DNA of 32,000 nucleotides from Patescibacteria group bacterium (GCA_041674405.1 JBAYVT010000006.1:25153-57152); one strand, 5' to 3'. Counted from the stretch's first letter, positions 16,386-23,907 are shown. Numbers and translations: made by a program. The notes: a model not told the origin generated them from the sequence alone.

Positions 16386-16414
16386 TTGACATCATTAAGT
16401 ACAAAATATATAAT
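16386..16414 (+). promoter_or_regulatory. Perfect consensus sigma70 promoter TTGACA-17-TATAAT (plus a second extended -10, TGtTATAAT, at 16414-16422)
   Basis: ttgaca (16386-16391), 17-nt spacer, tataat (16409-16414). No protein gene follows. Confidence 0.55.
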
Positions 16415-16421
16415 GTTATAA

Positions 16422-16520
16422 TCACTTTAAAAATTGAATAGTGTTAGTGCCGGAGGGGCACGATAGAATCTCAAATATCAAATATCAAAGATATGATGCG
16501 CCTCCGAACGGCGCATTTTT
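16422..16520 (+). ncRNA. Candidate ~95-nt small RNA or leader (promoter to intrinsic terminator)
   Basis: Bounded by the consensus promoter and the terminator atgcgcc-tccgaac-ggcgcat-ttttgttt (16496-16524). Internal hairpin gtgcc-GGAGG-ggcac (16447-16461). No family recognised. Confidence 0.35.
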
Positions 16521-16524
16521 GTTT
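16496..16524 (+). terminator. Intrinsic terminator (7-bp GC stem, CCTCC-containing loop, T-tract)
   Basis: atgcgcc tccgaac ggcgcat ttttgttt. Confidence 0.65.
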
Positions 16525-16637
16525 GCATGAGTGAGATGGGAATTGAGAAAGGTTCGCTCCCGCCTTTCTCTCCAAGGGATTAAACATCAATCGATAAAAC
16601 AAGCGGTTATATTTAATCCCTCCCAGCTCATTCCTGC

Positions 16638-16735
16638 AAAAACAAAAAAGAAAAACAAAGAAAATCAGAAACGGAAGAAATGGAAAAAACAAAAGAACAT
16701 TAAAAAAAGCAGGAAAAAATCCAAACGAGGATAGG
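16638..16735 (+). other. 98-nt polypurine, A-rich tract
   Basis: By my count 65 A, 17 G and only 16 pyrimidines in 98 nt. It reads largely as consecutive A-R-N triplets. Both overlapping track ORFs (K-rich on +, F-rich on -) look like products of this composition. Confidence 0.8.
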
Positions 16736-16862
16736 TCAAAGCGTCTTTTGTTCGACAATAAGTCGAGTAAGGGATGCCACAACGACTTAAAATGCCATTG
16801 CGGCACGCCTCATGGGTGTGAGTTGAATCGACCGGGCAATAATTTAAAATATTTGTTCCCGA

Positions 16863-16939
16863 TAAGCTCGAATATCACTTGCACCCAATCAAAAGAGTTC
16901 ATCAATACGATGAGCTTTTTTGTTTAATTTGGCTTGAAT
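16863..16939 (+). repeat. 77-bp direct repeat, copy 1 (contains terminator-like hairpin plus T-tract)
   Basis: taagctcgaatatcacttgcacccaatcaaaagagttcatcAATACgatgagcttttttgtttaatttggcttgaat. Flanked by the 9-mer tgttcccga at 16854-16862 and 16947-16955. Confidence 0.9.
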
Positions 16940-17024
16940 CGGGAACTGTTCCCGACCCACACATCATTCAGGTTCGTCTCGAGTCTTGCAGTCTCGCAGT
17001 CGAAACTTCATTACGCGGGGCAGG

Positions 17025-17101
17025 TAAGCTCGAATATCACTTGCACCCAATCAAAAGAGTTCATCTACAAGATGAGCTTTTTTGTTTAATTTGGCTTGAA
17101 T
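17025..17101 (+). repeat. 77-bp direct repeat, copy 2
   Basis: Starts exactly 162 nt after copy 1. 73/77 positions are identical and all 4 differences lie inside the 5-nt hairpin loop (TACAA versus AATAC). Confidence 0.9.
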
Positions 17102-17208
17102 AATGTATTACTTTGCCCGTGAAGACACTCCAAAATTTAGTTGTTTCACTCCTGCAGTTTCGGGCTCTTCACTGAGAAAAGCTACTATTTTAGAATTAGA
17201 TTTTTTGA

Positions 17209-17237
17209 TTGACAATTTGTTGGATGAAAAATATAAT
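17209..17237 (+). promoter_or_regulatory. Second perfect consensus sigma70 promoter TTGACA-17-TATAAT, upstream of the large secreted protein
   Basis: ttgaca (17209-17214), 17-nt spacer, tataat (17232-17237), about 38 nt before the TTG start at 17275. Confidence 0.55.
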
Positions 17238-17274
17238 TAACTCCAGAAGCTAAAAAATTTGAAAACGAGGGGAT

Positions 17275-19908
17275 TTGAAAACTATTTTATCAGAGGGATC
17301 TCGGAAATTATTTTATCTTGCCACAATAATTTTGGTATTGTTCTCAACAATCTTTGGTTATCAAATTCCCAAAAAAGCTTTTGCGGCCAGTTTTTATTGG
17401 AAGGGCGGTGCGGCAGGAGATGCCAACAACTGGAGCAACGCCGATAACTGGTCAGCTACTTCAGGCGGAGCCGGTGGAGCCGGTGTTCCGGGGGCGGGAG
17501 ATGCGGTTATCTTCAACGCGGCGACTAGTGCTGTCAATTGCAGTTTAACTTCATCGGTTGAGGTTGGTTCAATTACAAATATAAACACCGGCGGTTATAA
17601 TGGAACTCTGGCTATTTCTAGCTACGCATTAACGATAAATGGAAATCTAGACTGGGAAAGGGGATCTTTAACTGCGACAACTGGCGCTTTGAATGTGGGC
17701 GGGGACTTCCTAACATATAGTTACACCGCCGGGACTAGCACCGTAACTTTGAGTGGCGAAAATAAACTTCTCACCCCGGGCTGTAGAACATACTACAACT
17801 TAGTCGTAGCTGGTAATATGTCCGGTTCGGGCTGCTTTACGGTCACCCATAACCTTACAATTAATTCAGGCAAAACTTTAACAACGACCAGTAGCAATGC
17901 AAGTGTGATTAGTAAAGACGCAACGCTTGTTATTGACGGAACTATGGATGGTATCGGGCTTTTGGAATTTGACGATTCTACTTCAAGTACAATTTCCGGT
18001 TCGGGAAATATAAATCTGTCGGTTGATTTTAGGCCAGTGACTGGAAATATTGTAATTCCGGCCAGAACCTATGGCGGCCGGGTACAAGTAGTTAATTATT
18101 CCAATACTGACTATTCAGCTACCTTGGGAAGTGCGGCAGGGCAGACCATCACTTGCGATGGTTTTTCGGTCACTAATCGTTACGATCCTTATCGCCAAGG
18201 TGCCGGAGATATCACAGTTCTGGGAGATACTTATAATCCAAATATGGTCATAAATGGTAGCTTGACGATGAGTGGCACGGGCACGGGCACCAGGACTCTT
18301 TCAATGGGTAGTGGCGACTGGACGGTTAGCGGAAGCGTCAATGTTGCCGGTGGCACTTTGACTAATGCTAATGGCAAGATCACCTTGGATGGGAACAACA
18401 CTTATGACTGGAATGCTTTGGGCACCGGCATCGATAGCAATGTTTATTCGATGGTGGTCTGGGATAATAAGCTGGTTATTGGAACCGACTGGATGACAAC
18501 TGCCGGCGGGGTGTCGGCCAATGGTGTGGCAGTCTGGGATGGATATAGTTGGAGTGCACTTGGCGATGGCATCGATGGTTACGTTTACTCTTTGGCAGTT
18601 TATAACGGCGATTTAATCGCTGCCGGCTATATCGAAGGGTCTGGAAGCACAACTATGTACGGACCGCTTAGGTGGACCGGAACTAACTGGGTCGAGCTTG
18701 GAACCTGGACCGATCCGTATGATTTCAGTGCAATGATCGTATATAATGGCAATTTGATAGTTGGTGGTGATTTTACTGATGCCGCAGGGGTTCCTGCCGA
18801 TGGCGTTGCCTCATGGAACGGAACATCCTGGTCGAGCGTTGGCACTGGCTTGGTTACAAGTCCATGGGATGATATTGTCAATGCACTTGCAATCTACGAT
18901 GGCCATCTTGTGGCCGCTGGATCATTTGACACAGATCACGGCTCGGTAGCCGACTGGATCGCCTATTTCGATGGAGCAAATTGGCAGAATATGGGTAACT
19001 TAGTTCCTGGTTTTTTCTCAAACTGGAGCACAATTTTCTCCCTCCTTGTAAAAGGTGGCAATTTATATATTGGCGGTGTGCTCGGGAAAACCGATTATCT
19101 TTCCGAATCCCAGCCTGTCGGAGTTTGGGACGGAGATAATTGGTCAATTTTAGGCGATGGCCAAACATATGGAGTAGGATTTTCGCTTTTGGATTTTAAC
19201 GATGAAATATATGCAACGAGCGTAGTTTCAGCCCCAAGTGGCACTCCTGGAATCGGAGGAATAAGCAGGTGGAATGGCACAAGCTGGCTGCCAGTTGGTG
19301 AGGATACTGATTATTCTATGACCACTTTTTCTGCATTGGCCGAATACAACGATGAGCTCTACACTGGTGGTCCATACGCAAGAATCGGTTCGGGGAGCGC
19401 ATATTATATCGCCCGTTATTCGCATCCATATTTTGTCGCTGGTTCCAACTCATTCAACGATATCACAATCTCGAGTGATTCAACTGCGCCCATAACTTTT
19501 TCAGATTCTTTAAGTATTGACGGGACATTTGCTGATAATACAGCAGGTTCAATACTTAAGTTTCACAATGGATCAACCTTTGAATTTCCAGAAGTTGATC
19601 TGGATGGTTCTTCCGGCCATCTTATTATCCTTCAAAGTACAGATAGCGGGGAGAGCTGGTTTTTAAATGTAAGCAATCCTTCTCCAAGTGTCTCATATAT
19701 TGATGTCTCGGATTCAGATGCTTCCGGCGGTAGTGAAATACTGGCAACGAATAGTACCGGTGATGGCAACCAGAACTGGAATTTTGGTGAATCTGATCCG
19801 CCACAAGACGATGAACAGGTTCCGGGCGATCAAACCAATCCGATAAATAATGTTGGTGGGACAGCTATTATTTCTATTCTGCCCCAAACTGGCTGCGACT
19901 TGTATTAG
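17275..19908 (+). CDS. Large secreted protein: signal peptide, beta-helix-like N-terminal region, ~7-blade WxGxxW beta-propeller, C-terminal domain
   Basis: Signal peptide ...LATIILVLFSTIFGYQIPKKAFA/AS. FYWKGGAAGDANNWSNADNWS...VPGAGDAVIFN resembles autotransporter-associated beta-strand (PATR-like) openings. Repeated blades: VWDGYSWSALG, RWTGTNWVELG, SWNGTSWSSVG, YFDGANWQNMG, VWDGDNWSILG, RWNGTSWLPVG. The TTG start is inferred (only a short spacing after GAGGGG). Confidence 0.85.
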   Translation: MKTILSEGSRKLFYLATIILVLFSTIFGYQIPKKAFAASFYWKGGAAGDANNWSNADNWSATSGGAGGAGVPGAGDAVIFNAATSAVNCSLTSSVEVGSITNINTGGYNGTLAISSYALTINGNLDWERGSLTATTGALNVGGDFLTYSYTAGTSTVTLSGENKLLTPGCRTYYNLVVAGNMSGSGCFTVTHNLTINSGKTLTTTSSNASVISKDATLVIDGTMDGIGLLEFDDSTSSTISGSGNINLSVDFRPVTGNIVIPARTYGGRVQVVNYSNTDYSATLGSAAGQTITCDGFSVTNRYDPYRQGAGDITVLGDTYNPNMVINGSLTMSGTGTGTRTLSMGSGDWTVSGSVNVAGGTLTNANGKITLDGNNTYDWNALGTGIDSNVYSMVVWDNKLVIGTDWMTTAGGVSANGVAVWDGYSWSALGDGIDGYVYSLAVYNGDLIAAGYIEGSGSTTMYGPLRWTGTNWVELGTWTDPYDFSAMIVYNGNLIVGGDFTDAAGVPADGVASWNGTSWSSVGTGLVTSPWDDIVNALAIYDGHLVAAGSFDTDHGSVADWIAYFDGANWQNMGNLVPGFFSNWSTIFSLLVKGGNLYIGGVLGKTDYLSESQPVGVWDGDNWSILGDGQTYGVGFSLLDFNDEIYATSVVSAPSGTPGIGGISRWNGTSWLPVGEDTDYSMTTFSALAEYNDELYTGGPYARIGSGSAYYIARYSHPYFVAGSNSFNDITISSDSTAPITFSDSLSIDGTFADNTAGSILKFHNGSTFEFPEVDLDGSSGHLIILQSTDSGESWFLNVSNPSPSVSYIDVSDSDASGGSEILATNSTGDGNQNWNFGESDPPQDDEQVPGDQTNPINNVGGTAIISILPQTGCDLY

Positions 19909-19928
19909 ATTTTGACTTGGTAATCATT

Positions 19929-19951
19929 ATCACCTTTCGAGGTGATTTTTT
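19929..19951 (+). terminator. Intrinsic terminator after the secreted-protein gene
   Basis: atcacct ttcg aggtgat ttttt. Confidence 0.65.
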
Positions 19952-19990
19952 GATTGATGAATAATGCCGATCGCGATATAATAAGATCTC

Positions 19991-21931
19991 ATGGAAGATT
20001 TATTTTCAGGATTAAATTCGATGCAAAAGGAAGCGGTCCTTGCGACAGAAGGACCAGTTTTGGTATTGGCGGGTGCGGGTAGTGGAAAGACCAAAACCTT
20101 GACGCACAGGATTGCATATCTCATACGTGAAAAAAATGTTTCGCCGTACAATATTCTTTCGGTAACATTTACAAATAAGGCGGCTGGCGAAATGTCTGAA
20201 CGAGTGGGTAATTTACTACTGACCACAGACCATCGGCTACAGACTAACAGATTACCTTGGATGGGAACTTTTCACTCAATTTGCGTGCGAATATTGCGGC
20301 GGGAGGCGGAACATATCGGGATGAGCCGGAATTTTACCATTTATGACGATGGCGATCAGCTTTCAATCATCAAATCCTGTATGAAAGAATTAAATATCGA
20401 CCCGAAAGAATTCAATCCACGATCGATCCAGTATTTTATTTCCGGTGCAAAAAATGAGCTCATGGGTCCGGAAGAATACAAAAAATATATCAATTCGCCT
20501 TTTGAGAAGATGACCTCGCAGGTTTATGACAAGTATCAAAAATATTTACGAGAGGCAAATGCTTTCGATTTCGATGACCTAATCATGCAATGCGTGGTTC
20601 TATTTCAGAAGAATCCGCAAATACTCGAGCGATATCAGGCCCAGTTCAAATATATTCTTATCGATGAGTATCAGGACACGAATCAGGCGCAGTATATGTG
20701 GGCGAAGCTTCTCTCCGCCAAGCACAAAAACATCATGGTTGTTGGTGATGATTATCAGGCGATCTACTCTTGGCGAGGAGCGAATTTCAAGAACATTTTG
20801 AATTTTGAGAAAGATTACAAGAATGCCAAAGTAGTGAAACTTGAACAGAATTATCGCTCTACCGGAACGATCCTTGAGGCGGGGAATGAAGTTATTAAAT
20901 ACAATCGCAACAAGACTGACAAAAAGCTATGGACAGAAAATGATGCCGGACGGCTAATCACCGTCTACGAAGCACTAAACGAGAAGGATGAGGCGGAATT
21001 TATTGCCTGCGAACTAAGATCTTTGTGTAAAGACGGCCATTTGTCGGATTACGCAGTTTTATACCGGACAAATGCCCAGTCGCGAGCGGTGGAGGAAATC
21101 TTCATGCGTTTTGCTATTCCATACAGAGTGGTTGGAGGAGTGCGCTTTTACGAGCGAAAAGAAATCAAGGACATGATCGCATATCTGCGCTTGGTCGCGA
21201 ATCCCAATGATTTTGAAGCTTTGAAACGAGTTGTTGTCGCTCCGCCGCGAGGGATTGGGGAAAAAACGCTGAGTCAGGTATCACCTGCAGGAGGGGGTAT
21301 CACGTATCAGGCGGGGGAGGCAGAACTCACAAAATTACCGAAAAAAATTCAGGAATTCTATCAGATTCTTGCCGAAATCAAAAAGGCTGCTCGGGACATG
21401 GATCTTGCCGATCTTATCGAACACATCGCAATTAAAGCCGGATTTAAAAATTTCCTACTCGATGGCACCCCAGAGGGGGAGGGCAGATGGGAAAATGTGG
21501 AAGAACTTATGGGCGTTGCCGCTGACAGAGATAAAAACGAAATTGATGAAATCGATCTTGACGATTCTGAATCCGGCATGTCAAAGCTCGATAAATTTCT
21601 TGAGCGGGTGGCACTGATTCAGGACATGGACACATATGATCCAAATGCAGAATCCGTAACTTTGATGACTTTGCATTCAGCTAAGGGACTAGAATTTGAG
21701 ACAGTTTTTATCATAGGAATGGAGGAGGGGATTTTTCCACATTCACGATCAACGATGGACGAGGCAGAAATGGAAGAGGAGCGAAGGCTTTGCTATGTGG
21801 GCATCACCCGGGCAAAAAAGCGGCTTTATTTACTATATGCCAATGAGCGAAATATCTATGGCAGATTCCAAAGCAACCCAAAATCGAGGTTTATTGAAAA
21901 TATACCTGAGCACTTGCTCGATACGATTTAG
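19991..21931 (+). CDS. uvrD: UvrD/PcrA-family ATP-dependent DNA helicase (short form, no C-terminal extension)
   Basis: LNSMQKEAV, GAGSGKT, TFTNKAA, DEYQDTN, VGDDYQAIYSWRGA, LEQNYRS, LHSAKGLEF, YVGITRAKKRL. Ends ~30 aa after motif VI (...SRFIENIPEHLLDTI). Confidence 0.92.
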   Translation: MEDLFSGLNSMQKEAVLATEGPVLVLAGAGSGKTKTLTHRIAYLIREKNVSPYNILSVTFTNKAAGEMSERVGNLLLTTDHRLQTNRLPWMGTFHSICVRILRREAEHIGMSRNFTIYDDGDQLSIIKSCMKELNIDPKEFNPRSIQYFISGAKNELMGPEEYKKYINSPFEKMTSQVYDKYQKYLREANAFDFDDLIMQCVVLFQKNPQILERYQAQFKYILIDEYQDTNQAQYMWAKLLSAKHKNIMVVGDDYQAIYSWRGANFKNILNFEKDYKNAKVVKLEQNYRSTGTILEAGNEVIKYNRNKTDKKLWTENDAGRLITVYEALNEKDEAEFIACELRSLCKDGHLSDYAVLYRTNAQSRAVEEIFMRFAIPYRVVGGVRFYERKEIKDMIAYLRLVANPNDFEALKRVVVAPPRGIGEKTLSQVSPAGGGITYQAGEAELTKLPKKIQEFYQILAEIKKAARDMDLADLIEHIAIKAGFKNFLLDGTPEGEGRWENVEELMGVAADRDKNEIDEIDLDDSESGMSKLDKFLERVALIQDMDTYDPNAESVTLMTLHSAKGLEFETVFIIGMEEGIFPHSRSTMDEAEMEEERRLCYVGITRAKKRLYLLYANERNIYGRFQSNPKSRFIENIPEHLLDTI

Positions 21932-21991
21932 ATACATCTTGCTCAAAAATCGGTTCTAAAATACAATAGAAGGTGCATCCCTGATGCGATT

Positions 21992-22981
21992 ATGAACCTA
22001 ATTATGAAATGGATTGCGCTTATCATCGGCCCGGTGGCGATGGCGGCGGGATCCACAAATATAAATAATCTCCCGGTGGAAACTACGAGCACAAAATATG
22101 CCCAGTCATATTTTGTTGAGGAGCATTTACCGAACGGATCAGTCGGTCAAACATTTTCTGGTAAAAGCAGCGCAAAAGAGATATTTTCGGCGGTGAAAGA
22201 CATCGGCGCAGCGCCATATCCCGAAGATAAACTTGAACCATTCTTCTCCAAAGATTTTGTCCTTGGAAGCTATGTGAAAATGTATCGCGCACCATCTTAT
22301 GAGGTTTTTGATGGTAAAAAACATGCCACATATCGATCGTGGACAACAAATGTGGGAGAGTTGTTATCGGAAAAACATATTGAACTAGGTAAAGACGATA
22401 AGATAAATTTTGCTGCCGACTTTCCGATTGAAGAAGGGATGACGATTAGAATCACAAGGGTGGCGCACACCCAAGTTGTTGAGAATCAAGATATCGATTT
22501 TTCTGTCATCAAAAAAGATGATCCGAATTTAGATCAGGGAAAAACCACCATTAGGCAAGCTGGTAAAAAAGGTCAACGAGCCTTGACGTATGCAGTAACG
22601 CGTGAAGACGGGGTTGAAGTGGCGAGAGTTTTGATCAGCAATGAAGTTATGTCAGAACCTATTGACGAAATATTGATGATTGGAACGCGGCCGGTTATCA
22701 CAACTGCCTGCAGACACAATGATACGGTGATTGCAGCCAGTATAAAATATGGCACTAAGCCAAATGAATTATGCTATCGGATGATGGCGGAAAGCCATGG
22801 CAATTCGCTGTCGGACGGAGGGGCGTACAAAGGATTATTTCAATACACCCCGTCCCTATGGGAACAGATTTCTCCGAAAGCCGGCTATTCCGGTGCGAGC
22901 ATTTGGGATGCCGCAGCACAGATCTATACCACCGCTTGGGCCTGGACTCACGGATACCGCGGCCGCTGGCCGAGCCCGTAA
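21992..22981 (+). CDS. RpfB-like secreted cell-wall hydrolase (DUF348-like, G5, Rpf/transglycosylase-like domain)
   Basis: Signal peptide; G5-like DIDFSVIKKDDPNLDQGKTTIRQAGKKGQRALTYAV...; C-terminal MMAESHGNSLSDGGAYKGLFQYTPSLW...W resembles the Rpf catalytic pattern (CESGGN...YGGLQFsqsTW). Confidence 0.7.
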   Translation: MNLIMKWIALIIGPVAMAAGSTNINNLPVETTSTKYAQSYFVEEHLPNGSVGQTFSGKSSAKEIFSAVKDIGAAPYPEDKLEPFFSKDFVLGSYVKMYRAPSYEVFDGKKHATYRSWTTNVGELLSEKHIELGKDDKINFAADFPIEEGMTIRITRVAHTQVVENQDIDFSVIKKDDPNLDQGKTTIRQAGKKGQRALTYAVTREDGVEVARVLISNEVMSEPIDEILMIGTRPVITTACRHNDTVIAASIKYGTKPNELCYRMMAESHGNSLSDGGAYKGLFQYTPSLWEQISPKAGYSGASIWDAAAQIYTTAWAWTHGYRGRWPSP

Positions 22982-23049
22982 TTTTAACGAAAAGCCACTA
23001 AGTGGCCCCTTTGGGGTTAATAACTAAAAACTAATAACCAATTGAAAAA

Positions 23050-23907
23050 ATGTTTGAATCAAAAGAAAAACTGATCCAGTATCTCAAAGAAAATCACCTC
23101 TACACCAACAAATTGCTGGGGCAGAATTTTTTGGTGGATGAAAACGCTCTGACTAAAATTATTGAAGCGGGTGATATTGAACCTGCAGATACCATTATCG
23201 AAATCGGACCTGGGTTGGGGGTACTGACGGAGAGGCTAGTAGAAAAGGCCAACAAGGTAATTTCCATTGAACTGGATCAAAAACTCGCAGAGCTTTTATC
23301 TCAAAATTCAAATCTCAAATCTCAAATTGAAATCTCAAAACTTGAAATCTTGAATGCTAATGCATTAGATTTTGATCTATCTAAGCTGCAAGCTGAAAGC
23401 TACAAGCTAATAGCTAACATTCCTTATTACATCACTTCGAAAATTCTGGAGAAATTTTTGACAGCGGAAAAAAAGCCGAAAACTATCGTTCTTCTCGTTC
23501 AGAAAGAGGTGGCGGAGAGAATTTGCGCACCGTCCGGCGCAATGTCGGTTTTATCCGTTGCGGTACAGGCATACGGAGAACCGGAAATAGTTGACATCGT
23601 TTCGGCAGCATCATTCTTTCCGGCACCGAAGGTTGACTCAGCGATCTTGAAAGTGAAAGGTATAAATTGGAAAGTGAAAAGTATTACGGAAAAAGATTTC
23701 TTTCAGGTGGTCAAGATCGGGTTTGCGGCACGGAGGAAAACGCTTCTCAATAATTTATCGGCGGCCTTAAGGCTTGACAAGGGTACTATCCTAAACATTT
23801 TAAAATCTGTAAAATTAAATGAGAATGTGCGTGCACAGGAGCTGTCGATCGCGGAGTGGCAAACACTCGCGATCAATGTCAAATTAAAAATTTCAAATGA
23901 CAAATAA
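23050..23907 (+). CDS. rsmA: 16S rRNA (adenine1518/1519-N6)-dimethyltransferase RsmA/KsgA
   Basis: LGQNFLVDENALTKII, SAM motif IIEIGPGLGVLT, NIPYYITS, FFPAPKVDS. Carries an in-frame oligo-repeat insertion at 23299-23354. Confidence 0.92.
   Translation: MFESKEKLIQYLKENHLYTNKLLGQNFLVDENALTKIIEAGDIEPADTIIEIGPGLGVLTERLVEKANKVISIELDQKLAELLSQNSNLKSQIEISKLEILNANALDFDLSKLQAESYKLIANIPYYITSKILEKFLTAEKKPKTIVLLVQKEVAERICAPSGAMSVLSVAVQAYGEPEIVDIVSAASFFPAPKVDSAILKVKGINWKVKSITEKDFFQVVKIGFAARRKTLLNNLSAALRLDKGTILNILKSVKLNENVRAQELSIAEWQTLAINVKLKISNDK
23299..23354. repeat. ~7-nt periodic TCAAATC-type repeat inside rsmA
   Basis: tctcaaaattcaaatctcaaatctcaaattgaaatctcaaaacttgaaatcttgaat, translated in frame as SQNSNLKSQIEISKLEILN. 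A related word, atctcaaatatcaaatatcaaag, occurs at 16469-16491. Confidence 0.7.

Noticed and set aside
16545-16570. tRNA T-arm-like ggttcgctcc, plus a general scan for tRNA/tmRNA/RNase P/SRP signatures (GGTTCGAATCC, GAGGAAAGTCC, etc.)
   Set aside because: It is only an isolated 8-bp hairpin with a 10-nt loop, without acceptor, D or anticodon arms. None of the hallmark motifs of the major ncRNA families were seen anywhere in the window.
16531-16734. 67-aa Lys-rich ORF (+) and the 111-aa Phe-rich ORF 16471..16806 (-)
   Set aside because: Both are direct consequences of the 98-nt polypurine tract. Neither has a credible SD. Both run through perfect hairpins, and the minus-strand ORF also crosses the sRNA terminator. 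They are more likely non-coding, though not excluded.
16972-17006. CRISPR-repeat-like 35-mer gttcgtctcgagtcttgcagtctcgcagtcgaaac (GTT... ...GAAAC ends) between the two 77-bp repeats
   Set aside because: It occurs once only in the window, with no second copy, no spacer periodicity and no cas genes, so it cannot be called a CRISPR array. It is kept only as a note under the 77-bp repeat finding.
16879-17103. 74-aa ORF with internally repeated peptide (HPIKRVH...DELFCLIWLE twice)
   Set aside because: The repetition is simply the translation of the two 77-bp DNA repeats, which contain terminator hairpins. It has no SD.
19879-19908. LPQTG sortase-like motif four residues from the C-terminus of the 877-aa secreted protein
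   Set aside because: No hydrophobic segment or basic tail follows (LPQTGCDLY*), and the other frames downstream do not give a convincing anchor either. It is probably a chance pentapeptide.
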